DNA of 63,998 nt, the filler included, from Asterionella formosa (Eukaryota), in NCBI GenBank assembly GCA_002256025.1. It is 18 parts of 18 records of this genome, joined end to end, with 100 filler letters (N's around TTAATTAATTAA, not from the genome) between each part and the next. Parts side by side here need not be neighbours in the genome. Positions count along the whole stretch, not along the records: positions 35,704 to 39,167 come from NKIB01014132.1; positions 39,268 to 42,730 come from NKIB01014133.1; positions 42,831 to 46,292 come from NKIB01014134.1; positions 46,393 to 49,853 come from NKIB01014135.1; 14 more parts are not named here. One strand, given 5' to 3'. The stretch's first letter is position 1. Each line of letters starts with the position of its first letter. The notes under the pieces are model-generated. The model made no database searches. It saw nothing but the letters and a program-made list of their open reading frames with translations, and was not told the origin of the DNA. Below are positions 37,360-49,953 of this stretch, piece by piece. The position numbers and the translations under genes are program-made.

Positions 37360-37830
37360 ATAGTGTATACAGGCTGGTATAATATGCGAAAAGTATCAGG
37401 GATCAGTTCATGCAATACCGGAATGTTAGCCTATTTCGTAGAGTCAAACGCCCCTGGTAATGATATGTATGTTACTAAAAATGAGGATTAAAATCAAGCG
37501 CACCAAACTTGAGTGATAAACTTTCATTCATTCGTATGTTGAAACACGAAATAATTGCACTAGTTGTTTCGTGGCCAAAGTGATAGTGACGTTCCCTTAA
37601 CTATTATTTCTCGTGCGATTATTTGTGTACTTCTACAGCTGCTCTCGCACAATCCATGTAGTATATGATTTTTCACTATACATACTGCAAAGGTTTGGCA
37701 ATCAATAACAGTCCTGATTGTTTCTCTATAATATAACAGCAGCAAGCCTCCACTATATTCCCATCTAGTGGCAGGTGTTCCTTCTCTATTGTTCTGTCTC
37801 TAGCAGTTGACAATGCAATGTACTGATTCC

Positions 37831-38605
37831 CTATAAGCGCTTCAATGACTTTTTCTTGGTCAGCGTCTTTGCTTTCGTCGCCGAAGCATCAGCATTGTCC
37901 TTTCCTGCACTGCGATTGACAGTTTTGAGCGACCTGTCGCCACTTCCATCTGACGCTACCTTGGCTGCCGGATTATTGGCTCCTTCTTCGTTTTCTTCTT
38001 CTCTTTGAATTCCATGGATATCTGCCATGAGTCTTGCTCGCTTTGCGTACTCTTCATAGGACTCCATAAACAGTTTCCCCGCTTCATCGTTGAGCGACGA
38101 TTCCGGAAAGGGCACAATCAGCAGACACCGAATGACCGCCAGAGTGTGGGCAAAGTCCGTTTCTGGAGTCCAGTCCTTCTTGAGCGTATTGACGCAAATG
38201 GCCCCGGTGGACGGATCGACATTGGGGTGATAAATCTTAGTCAGAAAGTGTCCTCGCGGAGGTGTGGCAGGAAAGTCCGACGCCAAGACCAGTTTCAGCC
38301 GGAAGTGCTTTCCTTCAAAGGGAGTTCCAGTTGGTCCTTCTAGTTCGGCCTGATATTTGGTTGATTAAATTGATTGATTGAGTGATTGAGTGAGTGGATA
38401 GGCGAGTGAGTTGAGCAAGTAAGCAGTAAACTACAGTACAATAGATCAGATCAAAACAGAGACTCACCACGACTTCGCCGAGACTCTGCTGATCGATCAA
38501 TCGAACGCCTTCTGGAGGATTCTTGTGCAGATCTCGAACTTCCCGAGCGACACGAGCTAATGTGCGAGGGGGGAGATTTTCAGACGAAGAGCGATAAGTT
38601 GCCAT
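37831..38605 (-). CDS. UBE2S: Ubiquitin-conjugating enzyme E2 S; exons 38605-38468 and 38349-37831, GT-AG intron 38467-38350
   Basis: [21 protein letters not shown], then [22 protein letters not shown]...[30 protein letters not shown], and C-terminal KKKSLKRL. Donor GTGAGT and acceptor CAG keep the frame (218 aa). Confidence 0.95.
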
Positions 38606-39267
38606 CTTGAGGGAGCTGAAGAGGATGGAAGCAGAGAGCTAGATGATCGACCAGAACAGAACTGAATGAAAATTAAAATGAGCGAACAGATGAAATCACA
38701 ACAGGAATTGCAACGCTGATTACCCGTAGAATAACGGTCCTTCGAACGGTGAAACGGCGTTGGAATTGAGTCGAGTCACGAGAACTCCAAAACTATTCAT
38801 CGCTTGTTGGCTCGTCGAAATTGAAGTCCCTCATTCCATATGCCTGTCTGCCCCAACAAGCTAACAACTGCGTGGTCGTTGTCTGGAGTACCAGGTACTA
38901 GGGTACAAAGGTATTACGAACGTACCCGAAAAATAATCAACTCTCAGCGCAACCTTTTATGGCCATACATATAGTCGTAGCTGTGTACTGCACTGGTAGT
39001 TAACTAGCCCCTTCGACAAAGCTCGCGATGTACACATACCGGTACTTGAGTACAGGGTAGACTGGGTACCAGGTACCAGTACATATAGTCGTAGCTTTGT
39101 TGTGCACCGGCACCTTCGACAAAAAAGCTATGTAGCGATGTACCGGTACTCGTTTAGACTGGGTACCNNNNNNNNNNNNNNNNNNNNNNNNNNNNNNNNN
39201 NNNNNNNNNNNTTAATTAATTAANNNNNNNNNNNNNNNNNNNNNNNNNNNNNNNNNNNNNNNNNNNN

Positions 39268-41358
39268 CACGGAATACCTGAATCAAAGCATCTCGATAGA
39301 CTTCAGCTGTCTGATTCTTGACCCATTGCGCTGTCCTATACATAATGTTTCGAGAAATTGTTGTGAGAAATGATTGTCTTTTCACTTTCATTCCATCCAT
39401 GCAAAGAATCACTTCGCGTTGAGCTTGGATAAGCTCCTTAGGAATCTCGATGTAGTCGTTCACGACTGGCAGCGGCTTGCAACGAGTTGTCTTGCCTTTT
39501 AGTGTTCCGATGTCAGGTCCAAAAATTTTCTCTGCAATTTTGATATCATCGGTAGTCACTGGATTATTGTTGATCGTATTCATACAAATCTTTCCCTTGA
39601 AATCATTAATTGATGGCGTACCCAAGGCATGAAATAGATCACAAGCTCGCTTGGCTCTCTCAAATTGACGCTCAGTGTAGAATGTTTTGTTCTCTTCAAC
39701 TGTATTTATCATTTGAGCATTCTTCGACTTAATTGTTGTAGGAGGCTTGAAAACATATAAGTTCATTCCAATTCTTTCGAATCAAACTGGTTTGTCAGGC
39801 AAATGAACAATGAATGCATCTTCTTTTTTAGAGTCATAGGTAATTCTGTACCTATCTGCCATTTCGGCATAACTGAAGATGTTTGTGATTGCCTTTTCAT
39901 TAAACCATAATTCTCCCCATTGTGGAAGATCAGCCTTCATATTTGTGACTATGGATCCACCAGTTGTGACCAGATGCATGCTTCCATTGGTTGACATTCG
40001 AATATTTTCAACCATTTTTGGAATGCAAAAGACTGTGACACTTGATTGATTATCCAATAGTATCCAGTCACACATCTCAGATGCTTGGTAAAATTGTAGT
40101 TTCATATGAGCTCCCGTCCATCCAAATTGATTGACATTTGCTTGTTGTGAAGCTTGTGATGATGGCGGGTTTTGGAATTAACAGAGGTAACTGTACTTGT
40201 GTTGGATGTATTAGCCTGTGCCTGTGCATGACTTTGTGCCCTGTTGATAGCCCATTCCTCTTTGAGTTTGTTCTTGTCTTGGCATAAAGGAGATTTGTGA
40301 CCTGCTTTTCCGCAGCAGTAACATTTTCCTTCTAACTGTGCAAACGATAAGTTCACATCTTTATCTTCCTTGCCTGCATCCTTTTGTTTCCTCTCTTTAT
40401 CATTATCTCCTGGTTTCTTGTAGTTGGATTTATTTGTTATGTCAAACCGATGGTTGCTGAGAACATTATTTGATTCGGTGATGGGCTTCGGGTATTGATC
40501 GTTGCCAAGTGATTGTTGAGTGTTCAGCCTGGTCATCATTGATCCATATTTGGCTTTATCGGCATTATCGAGATATAAATATGCCATAAATTGACTGAAA
40601 GCTTGTTTGCGAAATTTATCTTGTTGCTTGATGTCATTCTCATTGTATCCATCCATGGCTTCAACGAACTTGGTGAGGATAATGGGTCCTCCCATGTGTG
40701 ACTTGAGCACATCTTGTGACACACGAAATCTCTTGGTGTAGTCTTGTAGACTTTCTCCTTTTTTTTGCTTTGTAAATAAAAGCGTTCTCATCGCATCTAA
40801 AATGATCGACATTGAATATCTATTCTCTTGAAAATTTAGTGCGTGTTCTTTAATTGCCATAAGCAATGTTATTGGGTTATTTTTGATCCTATTGTAATCG
40901 GATCTCGCTTCGATCTTGTTCTTCATGGCTTTGTTGCATCTTTCCCAGAGCAATGCATATGCTTTGGTATACTTATTTTCGTAGGCCTGTACCCTTTTAC
41001 TGTAGGTGTCATAGTCAGCCTTGAACTCAATCTCATATTGTCGATTCTCTGCAGCGCGATCTTCTTCTGTTGTTGCAACGCTCACTTGCATTCTTGGCTT
41101 CCATGCCAATGTGCTCATTGGTTCTAATAACTCGAGCGCAGTTCCTCTGTCGTTGCCATAGTCGAACACTTTCTTGATATGGTTGATGAGGTACTCAGTA
41201 GTAGTCTCATAATCAGATGCCTGCTTTGATGATCCGAGGTAGTAGTTATAGTCATTGACTGACTTCTTGATTGATTGAGAAGCAATATTGCTCCCTCCCT
41301 TGGCTTGAAACTTGCCCTTGGCCTGAGCCTTCTTGGTAAACTTTCCTTTGCCACTCAT
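39268..41358 (-). mobile_element. Ty1/copia-type gag-protease-integrase 5' region with frameshifts
   Basis: Gag with CCHC knuckle CYCCGKAGHKSPLC. Protease-like WILLDNQSSVTVF. GAG-pre-integrase-like region (..LGTPS..DF....DIKIAEKIFGPDIGTLKGKT) and start of the IN core (LCMD..FLTTISR). Confidence 0.88.
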
Positions 41359-41534
41359 GATGCGCCTTGTGTGACTTCTTCAGACTCTGGATGGTCTGGT
41401 ACCCTCAGATCTTGTCTCCGGACTCTCAATGGTCCACATGTTGTTGATTGTGGTATCACGGCTCTTCCTGGCCGGCTAATTCTATTAAAAATCTTGAAAT
41501 TGCGTCCTGAAGCACTCTATGCTTTCTTGTATCC

Positions 41535-41656
41535 TGTAAGGAAACGTCAGGGACCAAATAGGCTGTAGATATGAACAACGATGTATCCATAATCGATTGT
41601 AATCGTTCCTAAGAGTTTTAATAGAATTATGGGTTTTTACTGTGCCAGTATTGACA
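41535..41656 (-). repeat. Possible short 5' LTR of the copia element
   Basis: Minus strand reads TGTCAA...CTTACA upstream of gag. No second copy is available to confirm. Confidence 0.35.
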
Positions 41657-41921
41657 ATTAATTCTACCCCCAATACTACCATTTTTTGCTGTAGTGAAAG
41701 CTTTTGCACTAGTAGTTCACTAGCATGACATACAAAGCATGCACTGGAGTATGGTCTCGATCATTTTTGGCTTGGCAGTACATGTCAAATATCGCCTGTA
41801 TGTAAATAGCCACAATATACCGGTTTATGCATGCTATCACATCATGCATGCGAAAATAAAATGAAGTCAGAATGGAATGTAAGCATGTAGTAGTTTCTTA
41901 ATAGTCACTATGTAAATCTAG

Positions 41922-42730
41922 TTAGACACGTAGTTGTGGATGCCCACCATTGTGGCGATCTTTCAACATTTGGTTGAGAATTTGAGTAACAGTCTTCTCT
42001 GGACCATATGCCTCATAGATTCGGTCGATTGCAGCATGTGCAGTGTACCCAGCTCGAACAAGACCTGCCACTGTATCCCAGAAAACCTTGCGTCGATAAT
42101 AGATAAATTTTGTCCTCCCCCTCTCTGCCCTTGTAAATATCCTTGCTGGTTTTCGTCCTGTAATTCCAACTTCCCATTCTTGCCAAAGAATAAATAGTGT
42201 TTTTGGTGTCTTGGAAAGGCTACTATTGTAAACAGGATCCAAAGCCATATTTGTTTGTTCGTTGTCGTTGCTTGCTTGGCTGTTGTTGTTGGTTCCTATG
42301 ACAGCAACATTTTCGACATTTGAATTCGGGTTGTTGTTGGAATTTGTTATGCCGAAAGCAAAATTAGAAACACTGCCCCTGAGCATTTGTGCCGGCATCC
42401 GGGAAAGTCGATTCAAGCTTGTCTGCATCTTGCCCATCCCTTTGGTCACGGTGCTTGTAAGGATGGAAATCTGGCTTTGAATCTCCTTCACCTCTCGTTG
42501 AATCTCCCTTTGCTGTGAGTACAGCCCAAGGAATTCGTTCTTGTTCCGGTTCCTCTGAATAAATGCATTGACGGCTTGTTGTTGTTGGTGCTGCTGTACG
42601 CCGCCTCCTCCATTATTTACTGTTGAAACTGCAGCTACTCCTGTTGACACTTCAGCGACTTCTTCACCCACATCGTTCGAAAACTCATCTGGATCCCAGA
42701 TCTCGTCAATGTAGAGTTCCGCCTCTGCTC
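41922..42730 (-). mobile_element. C-terminus of a Crypton (CryptonS-type) protein with GCR1_C DNA-binding domain, 5'-truncated
   Basis: LSKTPKTLFILWQEWEVGITGRKPARIFTRAERG...YYRRKVFWDTV...AIDRIYEAYG is the GCR1_C pattern typical of stramenopile Cryptons. Confidence 0.8.
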
Positions 42731-42844
42731 NNNNNNNNNNNNNNNNNNNNNNNNNNNNNNNNNNNNNNNNNNNNTTAATTAATTAANNNNNNNNNNNNNN
42801 NNNNNNNNNNNNNNNNNNNNNNNNNNNNNNATTCAATTGTTGTC

Positions 42845-43215
42845 AGCTACTCATCCTTTCCTTCTTTTTCTATATTGTACTTGCTAGAGTTATCGCTGTA
42901 GACTATTTGTAGCTGCTCCGAAACGGAGAAGGCCATTGAGGCACATCTCAATTTAGAATCACTACGGAGACATGCAATGCTAAACGATGCTCAACGAGTA
43001 CCAACGGTGCTTTATTTCCAATCTGCAGGCTATTCAGCTACTCATCCTTTCCATCTTTTTCTATTTTGTACTTGCTAGAGTTATTGCTGTAGACTATTTG
43101 TGGCTGCTCCGAAACGGAGAAGGGGCCATTGTGGCACATCTCAATTTCGATTCACTACGGAGACATGCAATGCTAAACGATGCTCAACGAGTACCAACGG
43201 TGCTTTATTTCTAAT
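42845..43215. repeat. Tandem duplication of a ~190-bp unit, part of a repeat family also seen at 25070-25190
   Basis: CAGCTACTCATCCTTTCC...GAGTACCAACGGTGCTTTATTTC occurs twice. Confidence 0.85.
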
Positions 43216-44953
43216 CTGGCAGGCTATTGTAATCTCTACAATCAACAATGACTAAACAATGTGTCTACAACATCAACTACTACTACTACGTGTGCTGAAT
43301 TCTACAGTGTGAATCTTCCTCTTGCATGTGTTATTCTTTGCCAGTTCAGATCAAAGAAATATGTCGGAGCGGAAAAAATAATAAGTGTATCGGAATTGGC
43401 GACTCTTTCGTTCATTATATGGTGAAAGCAGCATAATATTGCGGCGGAGCAGCATAATTTCGCTTTTATACTGTTGCGATGGCTAGTTAGTCAACATATA
43501 TTGTCATGAACACACATAATTATTGGTGTGATCACATAATTATTCGATAAGTGAAATAAATTTTTGTTTAACCCGAATAAATTAGGGAAAAAGTAGCATA
43601 ATATTTCAAAAAAGTAACATAATATTTTAGAAAAGTAACATAATATTTTAAAAAAGTAGCATAAATACGTCACTTTAGACATAAATTCGAAAAAGTGCCG
43701 TAAACGGCGTCTTAGATGTATATAGACAGTCGTTTGCCTTTCATATTTCCTGTTATGTTGTTTTTGAATTCTAGACATAATATTATCTAATTATCTAGGT
43801 CAAGCAATACTAAAATGTTCAATAAAACAAATTGTTTATGAATTAATTTTGAAAGGCTGTTCAATCATACTCCATCGATTGTTGGGCAATGGAGCGACTG
43901 TGTATCATGTTGTGTGCTGAACCTTTCAGTGACATCATGAATACTGCGACACCAGCAAAAAATAAGAATTCTATAAGAAAATGCTCTATTTAAAGGTGTC
44001 AAGCAGTTGAATGACATTTAATAAATGAGGTTACTAATTGATTGATGTTGCAATGCTTTCAATGTTGTGTCGATTATTGGATAACCGGCTATGTATGTTT
44101 TGCCACTGCCTAGCTCAACTCAACGGACATTTCATTTCTGATAAATTAATTTAAATATGCAGAACTGAAGGTTTCTAAAGGTAGTATGCATGGCAATAAA
44201 GCTTTTATAGGTTTCAAAATTTTTCAGATACATGAGAAGCAAGTCTGCCTGCTGAAATGTAATCTCAAAAATATCTGTGCAGGATGGCGTGAAAACGAAA
44301 ATTGACAATGTGCAAAGTTGCTGTTATTTCATGCCTTTCCAAATACATTCACCCATCACTGCTGTGGGTCCGAAATCATCATGTGAACTACCTGTTACCT
44401 TACTAGGTACGCCGGAATGATTATTGCACGGCCGACTCCCCGTACGGCATGGTTGGTCAACCCCTCCTATCTACATAGAGGACATGGTACATGATGCTAC
44501 CAGTTACCGGTACCTGGTACTGGTACCATACCGTGGGAGTACGTCGTAGTCCACGTACTGCCTGGTGCTCCCTCATCATGGCACCATAGGAAAAGATTAA
44601 GCTAAATATCTCGATTACCGGACCTTCCAGGAAGTACCGGTAGATAAATCCCTTTTTATGAATGATATGTATGGTAATTTTTAATATGATCTGTATAGAG
44701 CAACTACAAGGAGGTAAGAAATAGGTGTTCGTTTACCGTACTGTATAATACGTGATGTAGTATGAATATAAATGTGACTGTAAAGAAATATTCCAGGGGC
44801 ATACATACAGCATGAGCGGAAAATGCAGCGGTATACCATATCGGTAGGGGGATTCGGATCAAGCATTGCAGTCATTATAATATTGTGTGGGTTCACTGTT
44901 GTTGAGTTTCGCAAACCATAATACATTGCATTTCAGTGTTCATAGTATTCACA

Positions 44954-46292
44954 ATGTCCTCACCATTACCCACATCCAAAGCAAGGGTTCCTATTGTAAC
45001 TGGTCTCATCTTTCTAATCATTGTGGCTCTTTCTGGCGTTGCGCTCAGAAAGAGCTCCTCCCTTCTGAATGGAATCAAGGTTAAACAGCAGGTCAGACAG
45101 ACACCAATTGAGGCGGTTACCAAGGGTGGAGACATGAAGAAGGCAGCAGAAGACTTGGAGAATGCAACAAAGGAAGAAAAACCCGCAGACTTGGAGAATG
45201 CAACAAAGGAAGAAAACCCCGCAGACGAGGAATCGAAGACGGAAGGAGGAGAGAAGCAAGAAGAAGAAGGTGAAGAGCCAGCAGAAGAAGAGAAACCCAC
45301 AGACGAAGAAGAAAAGACGGAAGAAGAAGAAAAGACGGAAGAAGAAGAAAAGACGGAAGAAGAAGAAAAGACGGAAGAAGAAGAAAAGACGGAAGAAGAA
45401 GAAAAGACGGAAGATGAAGAAAATATGGAAGAAAACGCTGATGCAGTGGAGCAAGAGCGACAAGAAACTAGGGAGGACGAAAAGAAGGAAGAAACTTCTG
45501 GAGATGACAAACCAGCAGAAGATTCCAAGGCTGACAATGAGACGCCCATTAAGCTCGACAAAAACACCATAGCCAAGGGGTCCTCCTACGAACACAAGAA
45601 TGAGCCGCTCAATATTCTATTTCTCTACGGTGATGACTGGAGACATGACTCTATCGGTGCTGCTGGCACTCAGATTGTTCGTACTCCTTTTATTGATCAG
45701 CTCGCACGCGACGGCATACGATTCACCCACAACTGTGTCACCACATCGGTCTGCTGGATCTCTCGGGCGACTCTCTACACTGGACAATTCATGTCTCGCC
45801 ACAAGACAACTTATCCTCAAGAGCCCCACTGGTATGCAGGATGGAATAGTAGTTTTCCTGCTAAGCTCAAGGAAGCGGGCTACTATTTGGGACAACTTGG
45901 TAAATGGCATTTTGATAATTGGGAATTTGCTGCCGACCAATTTGACGTCGGAGAAGTCTACTACGGGAATCACTGGTACGGCGACGAACACACAACGAAG
46001 AAGAGCGAGAGAGACTCTATTAATTTTCTCAAGAATAGGCCAAGAGACAAGCCTTTTATGCTCTCGGTGTGCTTCTTTGCGCCTCATTCTGTGGATCACA
46101 GTGAAGAGCAGTATGAACCTCAACCAGAAAGCATGAGCTTGTACGAGAATGAGACGGTAGTGGAGCCTGTGAGCAATACACTAGAAGCCTGGAAGGATTT
46201 GCCCAGAGATTTCAAAAATAACAACGAAGCAAGACGCCGCTGGAGAATGAGATTTGACAACGCAACCAAATATCAAAAGATGATGAAGAACT
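44954..46292 (+). CDS. Type II membrane-anchored sulfatase with acidic repeat stalk (3'-truncated)
   Basis: N-terminal TM helix and EEEEKT repeats, then NILFLYGDDW, TPFIDQLARDGIRF, formylglycine motif CWISRATLYTG, GYYLGQLGKWH, KPFMLSVCFFAPH. Confidence 0.93.
45304..45420 (+). repeat. 18-bp coding tandem repeat (GAAGAAGAAGAAAAGACG; EEEEKT x6)
   Basis: Directly visible in the sequence. Confidence 0.95.
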
Positions 46293-46492
46293 NNNNNNNN
46301 NNNNNNNNNNNNNNNNNNNNNNNNNNNNNNNNNNNNTTAATTAATTAANNNNNNNNNNNNNNNNNNNNNNNNNNNNNNNNNNNNNNNNNNNNCTGATGTA
46401 TTAGTGAGCAGTGAGGATCATTATCTTCTCTCTCAACACCATTATCTGTCAACTACTAGCACAGTTGCTTCCCTAGTTGAGTCACAACAAAA

Positions 46493-47524
46493 ATGGCGTC
46501 ATTGCCTGTCAGAAACAACAGAAGGAATCATTCGGCACCTGTAGAAACTCCTCAAATGACAGCATTGGATCGATCTGATCCTGACTGTGCTACGATTGTG
46601 CCATCGATACAACCATTCAATGAGCCAAAAGAAGAAGCCTTGTTGGGAACATCAACAAGGGCAAGAAGTAATAGTTGGTGGGAAAAAGCGAATCAATGGA
46701 GAGGAATGCGACAGCACGGGACTACTGCGAACAATTGTACTAGCACTACTCATCCACTAAATACGTCTCTGGATACAACCAACATGATGGCCTATACTCC
46801 CTTGGACGATAGGACACCCTCTACAGGACAACCACCACAACCACCACCACCTCGTACTGCAGAAGATGTGGTTTTAGAGAATTGCCCATTTTTCTTTCAA
46901 GAATTCAATGACGTATCCTTTGTACCTACAAATATCAAAAAGGGTCTTGCAACAACAACAGCAATAACATCTCCGTCAATTCCACAATGCCGTGCCAATT
47001 ATCGGGCACGATTTCAACAACTGAATGCTTTATTATTGGAAAATAAAAATACCAGTTATACTATCCATGTAAATCAGGAACAGGATGAGTTGTGGTTACA
47101 AGACAACGACGAAGAATCCTTCAGAGCATCAGGCGGCCTTTGTACACCACATCGACCGACAAATGTGGCTGATTTTTCCAAGTCGTCGTTTTATTGTAAC
47201 ATTGATGGGAGAGTATTAATGAAACTTCCAAAAGATAAAGTGAGATTAACTATGGATCCTCATTTGGAACCGGGGATACTATCGGTCGAACAACCAAAGG
47301 AGAAAGGGAATCAGCATCGTCAAGAGTTGACATACGTCCTAAGTGTCGATGATGACTTGTACCGTCGTGTTGTGGCGGAAATTTCCGACACACATTCAAG
47401 TACATGTGGAGTACACCAATGTTGCACAGATACAGGACATTTGAATATCCAAGTGGCGTATTGCCTACTGGGATTCGTGTTGCTATTGTTGTTGATCAAT
47501 ACCATTATTTACCCTGGAGATTAA
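46493..47524 (+). CDS. Hypothetical protein (343 aa) with C-terminal TM helix
   Basis: Complete ORF with a conserved-looking block (DGRVLMKLPKDKVRLTMDPHLEPGILSV...LTYVLSVDDDLYRRVVAEI) and a hydrophobic C-terminus. Confidence 0.75.
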   Translation: MASLPVRNNRRNHSAPVETPQMTALDRSDPDCATIVPSIQPFNEPKEEALLGTSTRARSNSWWEKANQWRGMRQHGTTANNCTSTTHPLNTSLDTTNMMAYTPLDDRTPSTGQPPQPPPPRTAEDVVLENCPFFFQEFNDVSFVPTNIKKGLATTTAITSPSIPQCRANYRARFQQLNALLLENKNTSYTIHVNQEQDELWLQDNDEESFRASGGLCTPHRPTNVADFSKSSFYCNIDGRVLMKLPKDKVRLTMDPHLEPGILSVEQPKEKGNQHRQELTYVLSVDDDLYRRVVAEISDTHSSTCGVHQCCTDTGHLNIQVAYCLLGFVLLLLLINTIIYPGD

Positions 47525-48328
47525 AATGACTATAGCGGCGAAGATATTGGTTACGTTAACGTTAAGAATACTGTACCTACCATCGAAACGTCTATCGGGT
47601 ACTCATCACATGCAACAATAACTATAATGTATAGAATGAGAACTTGCAGTCGTTTGTCGTAGAGATAGAATTGTGTAGTATAGTGTTGCATGGCTGTAGG
47701 AAAAGATATCCAGGCNNNNNNNNNNNNNNNNNNNNNNNNNNNNNNNNNNNNNNNNNNNNNNNNNNNNNNNNNNNNNNNNNNNNNNNNNNNNNNNNNNNNN
47801 NNNNNNNNNNNNNNNNNNNNNNNNNNNNNNNNNNNNNNNNNNNNNNNNNNNNNNNNNNNNNNNNNNNNNNNNNNNNNNNNNNNNNNNNNNNNNNNNNNNN
47901 NNNNNNNNNNNNNNNNNNNNNNNNNNNNNNNNNNNNNNNNNNNNNNNNNNNNNNNNNNNNNNNNNNNNNNNNNNNNNNNNNNNNNNNNNNNNNNNNNNNN
48001 NNNNNNNNNNNNNNNNNNNNNNNNNNNNNNNNNNNNNNNNNNNNNNNNNNNNNNNNNNNNNNNNNNNNNNNNNNNNNNNNNNNNNNNNNNNNNNNNNNNN
48101 NNNNNNNNNNNNNNNNNNNNNNNNNNNNNNNNNNNNNNNNNNNNNNNNNNNNNNNNNNNNNNNNNNNNNNNNNNNNNNNNNNNNNNNNNNNNNNNNNNNN
48201 NNNNNNNNNNNNNNNNNNNNNNNNNNNNNNNNNNNNNNNNNNNNNNNNNNNNNNNNNNNNNNNNNNNNNNNNNNNNNNNNNNNNNNNNNNNNNNNNNNNN
48301 NNNNNNNNNNNNNNNNNNNNNNNNNNNN

Positions 48329-49476
48329 GACCCCGCTTGGAGTGTGCCCCCGACTGGACATGCGCCTATGGTGGGCAAGGAGGCAAACGTAAAGTCCAAG
48401 AGTCGGTGAACACTATGTTCCTCCAATAACCCAAACGTTAAACCAGCAACAATGTTCGATTGAGACAGTCGCATGGTGTAAATACGTGATTCACAAAATG
48501 ATAAGAACCGTTGGACAGGCCTTGAATTCATATAATGCAGCGAGGATAGTAAAAAGGAGGAGGATGGAGCACATGTCTTGGTACCACCAATTTGGTAGTT
48601 TTTGCTGTATAAGTGAATGCGACTGATGGTGTAGGCGTAGTCACGGATGAGTTGGTAGAACCCTGGTTGTGGTGATGTTTCTGATGATGACTTGGTATCG
48701 TACTCATAATTGGCCGTTTCGCACATACGATATTGAAGCATGTGATTACTGGCTCGCATGTCAGCAAACAAATCACCTTCAATCTTGCTGTAAATGAAGC
48801 TAGACCCTTTGAGTTGAAGGACATTTTCGTACGAGCACCCATGGAGGTGATTGATTTGTTCCAAATAGTCGTAAATGCCAGTAGTGAAGAAGCGAGTTTT
48901 GTGAGCTGCAACCAATTCTGCTTCCGAAAGATCTAGCGCAGCTTCATTATCCGATAAGCTAATGGGCAGAGTCCAATACCTGGTATCTACCAAATTGACA
49001 AGTTGCATAGTCCCTCTGGTCTCTGCTGGGTAGCGTAATTCAAGTGCTGCGAGATCGTCTGCACCAAAGTCGCCTGCATGAAAGAGAATGACCGATGTCG
49101 ACTCATAGTTGTCCAAAAGATAGTTCTCAAAAAGTAAATCCAGACTCTTTGTCAATTGTCCCAAGGCCGTCGTCGCTCCACTGTTGTGTGCTGCTGTTGA
49201 CTCGGCAAAGTACACAATCGCATTTCGTTTACACTGCGTCGTGGTTGTACTCATAATGACTTGAGGCATGATACTTACAAGTGACCTTCTAACCATTGTA
49301 TGATGATAGCTGTACTTGCCCATAGTGGCCAGCAACAAAAGGACCATTGTTGGGGCAAGGATGATTGGACCGAATCGATGAAGCTCGTGCTTTTGTGATA
49401 TCCGATGCAATTCAGAAAGACCTAGTGACATGTATTTATGGAAAGCTTTTGCCCTACTTCTAGATAGCATTTGCAT
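48329..49476 (-). CDS. GT15 (alpha-1,2-mannosyltransferase)-like type II membrane protein, running into a scaffold gap
   Basis: TM helix, then NAIVYFA, LTKSLDLLFENY, VILFHAGDF, YWTLP, RFF..GIYDY, SFIYSKI..DLF..M......YRMC. This resembles GT15/KRE2-family architecture. Confidence 0.6.
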
Positions 49477-49953
49477 TGTTGAAGCCGACTTTAGTCAACG
49501 AAAAGAAACGAGTCAATGATGCTTGAAACAACAAGGTTGATTGCAAAAAAGTAAACACAATTTGTAGAATCGTACTGAACCTTATAGAGAGCACTATGTA
49601 GTATGTAAATTTGTCTGCTTCCTCAGTTTTGACAATCGAGAGAGAAAATAAAAGTGCCGGTGAATGATGTTGATCGGAATGACTCTTTCGTTCTCGTTTC
49701 GACACTTAAGTGTCTGTTGTGAACGCCTGTAGCGAATAAATTCAGGTCGTTTGATCCAAAGGGTAAAAAAGTCTCACCAAATGGAAAATCCAATTGCCCT
49801 GATGGTCATGACTTTTGACAAACACTTACAATGCTTGCTAAATCCAGCCAATCNNNNNNNNNNNNNNNNNNNNNNNNNNNNNNNNNNNNNNNNNNNNTTA
49901 ATTAATTAANNNNNNNNNNNNNNNNNNNNNNNNNNNNNNNNNNNNNNNNNNNN

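Noticed and set aside
44893..45595. Ser/Phe-rich and Lys/Arg-rich ORFs overlapping the sulfatase
   Set aside because: Shadow frames of the GAA-rich repeat.
47551..48429. Long ORFs of X residues
   Set aside because: They span the N gap at 47716-48328 and are translation artefacts.
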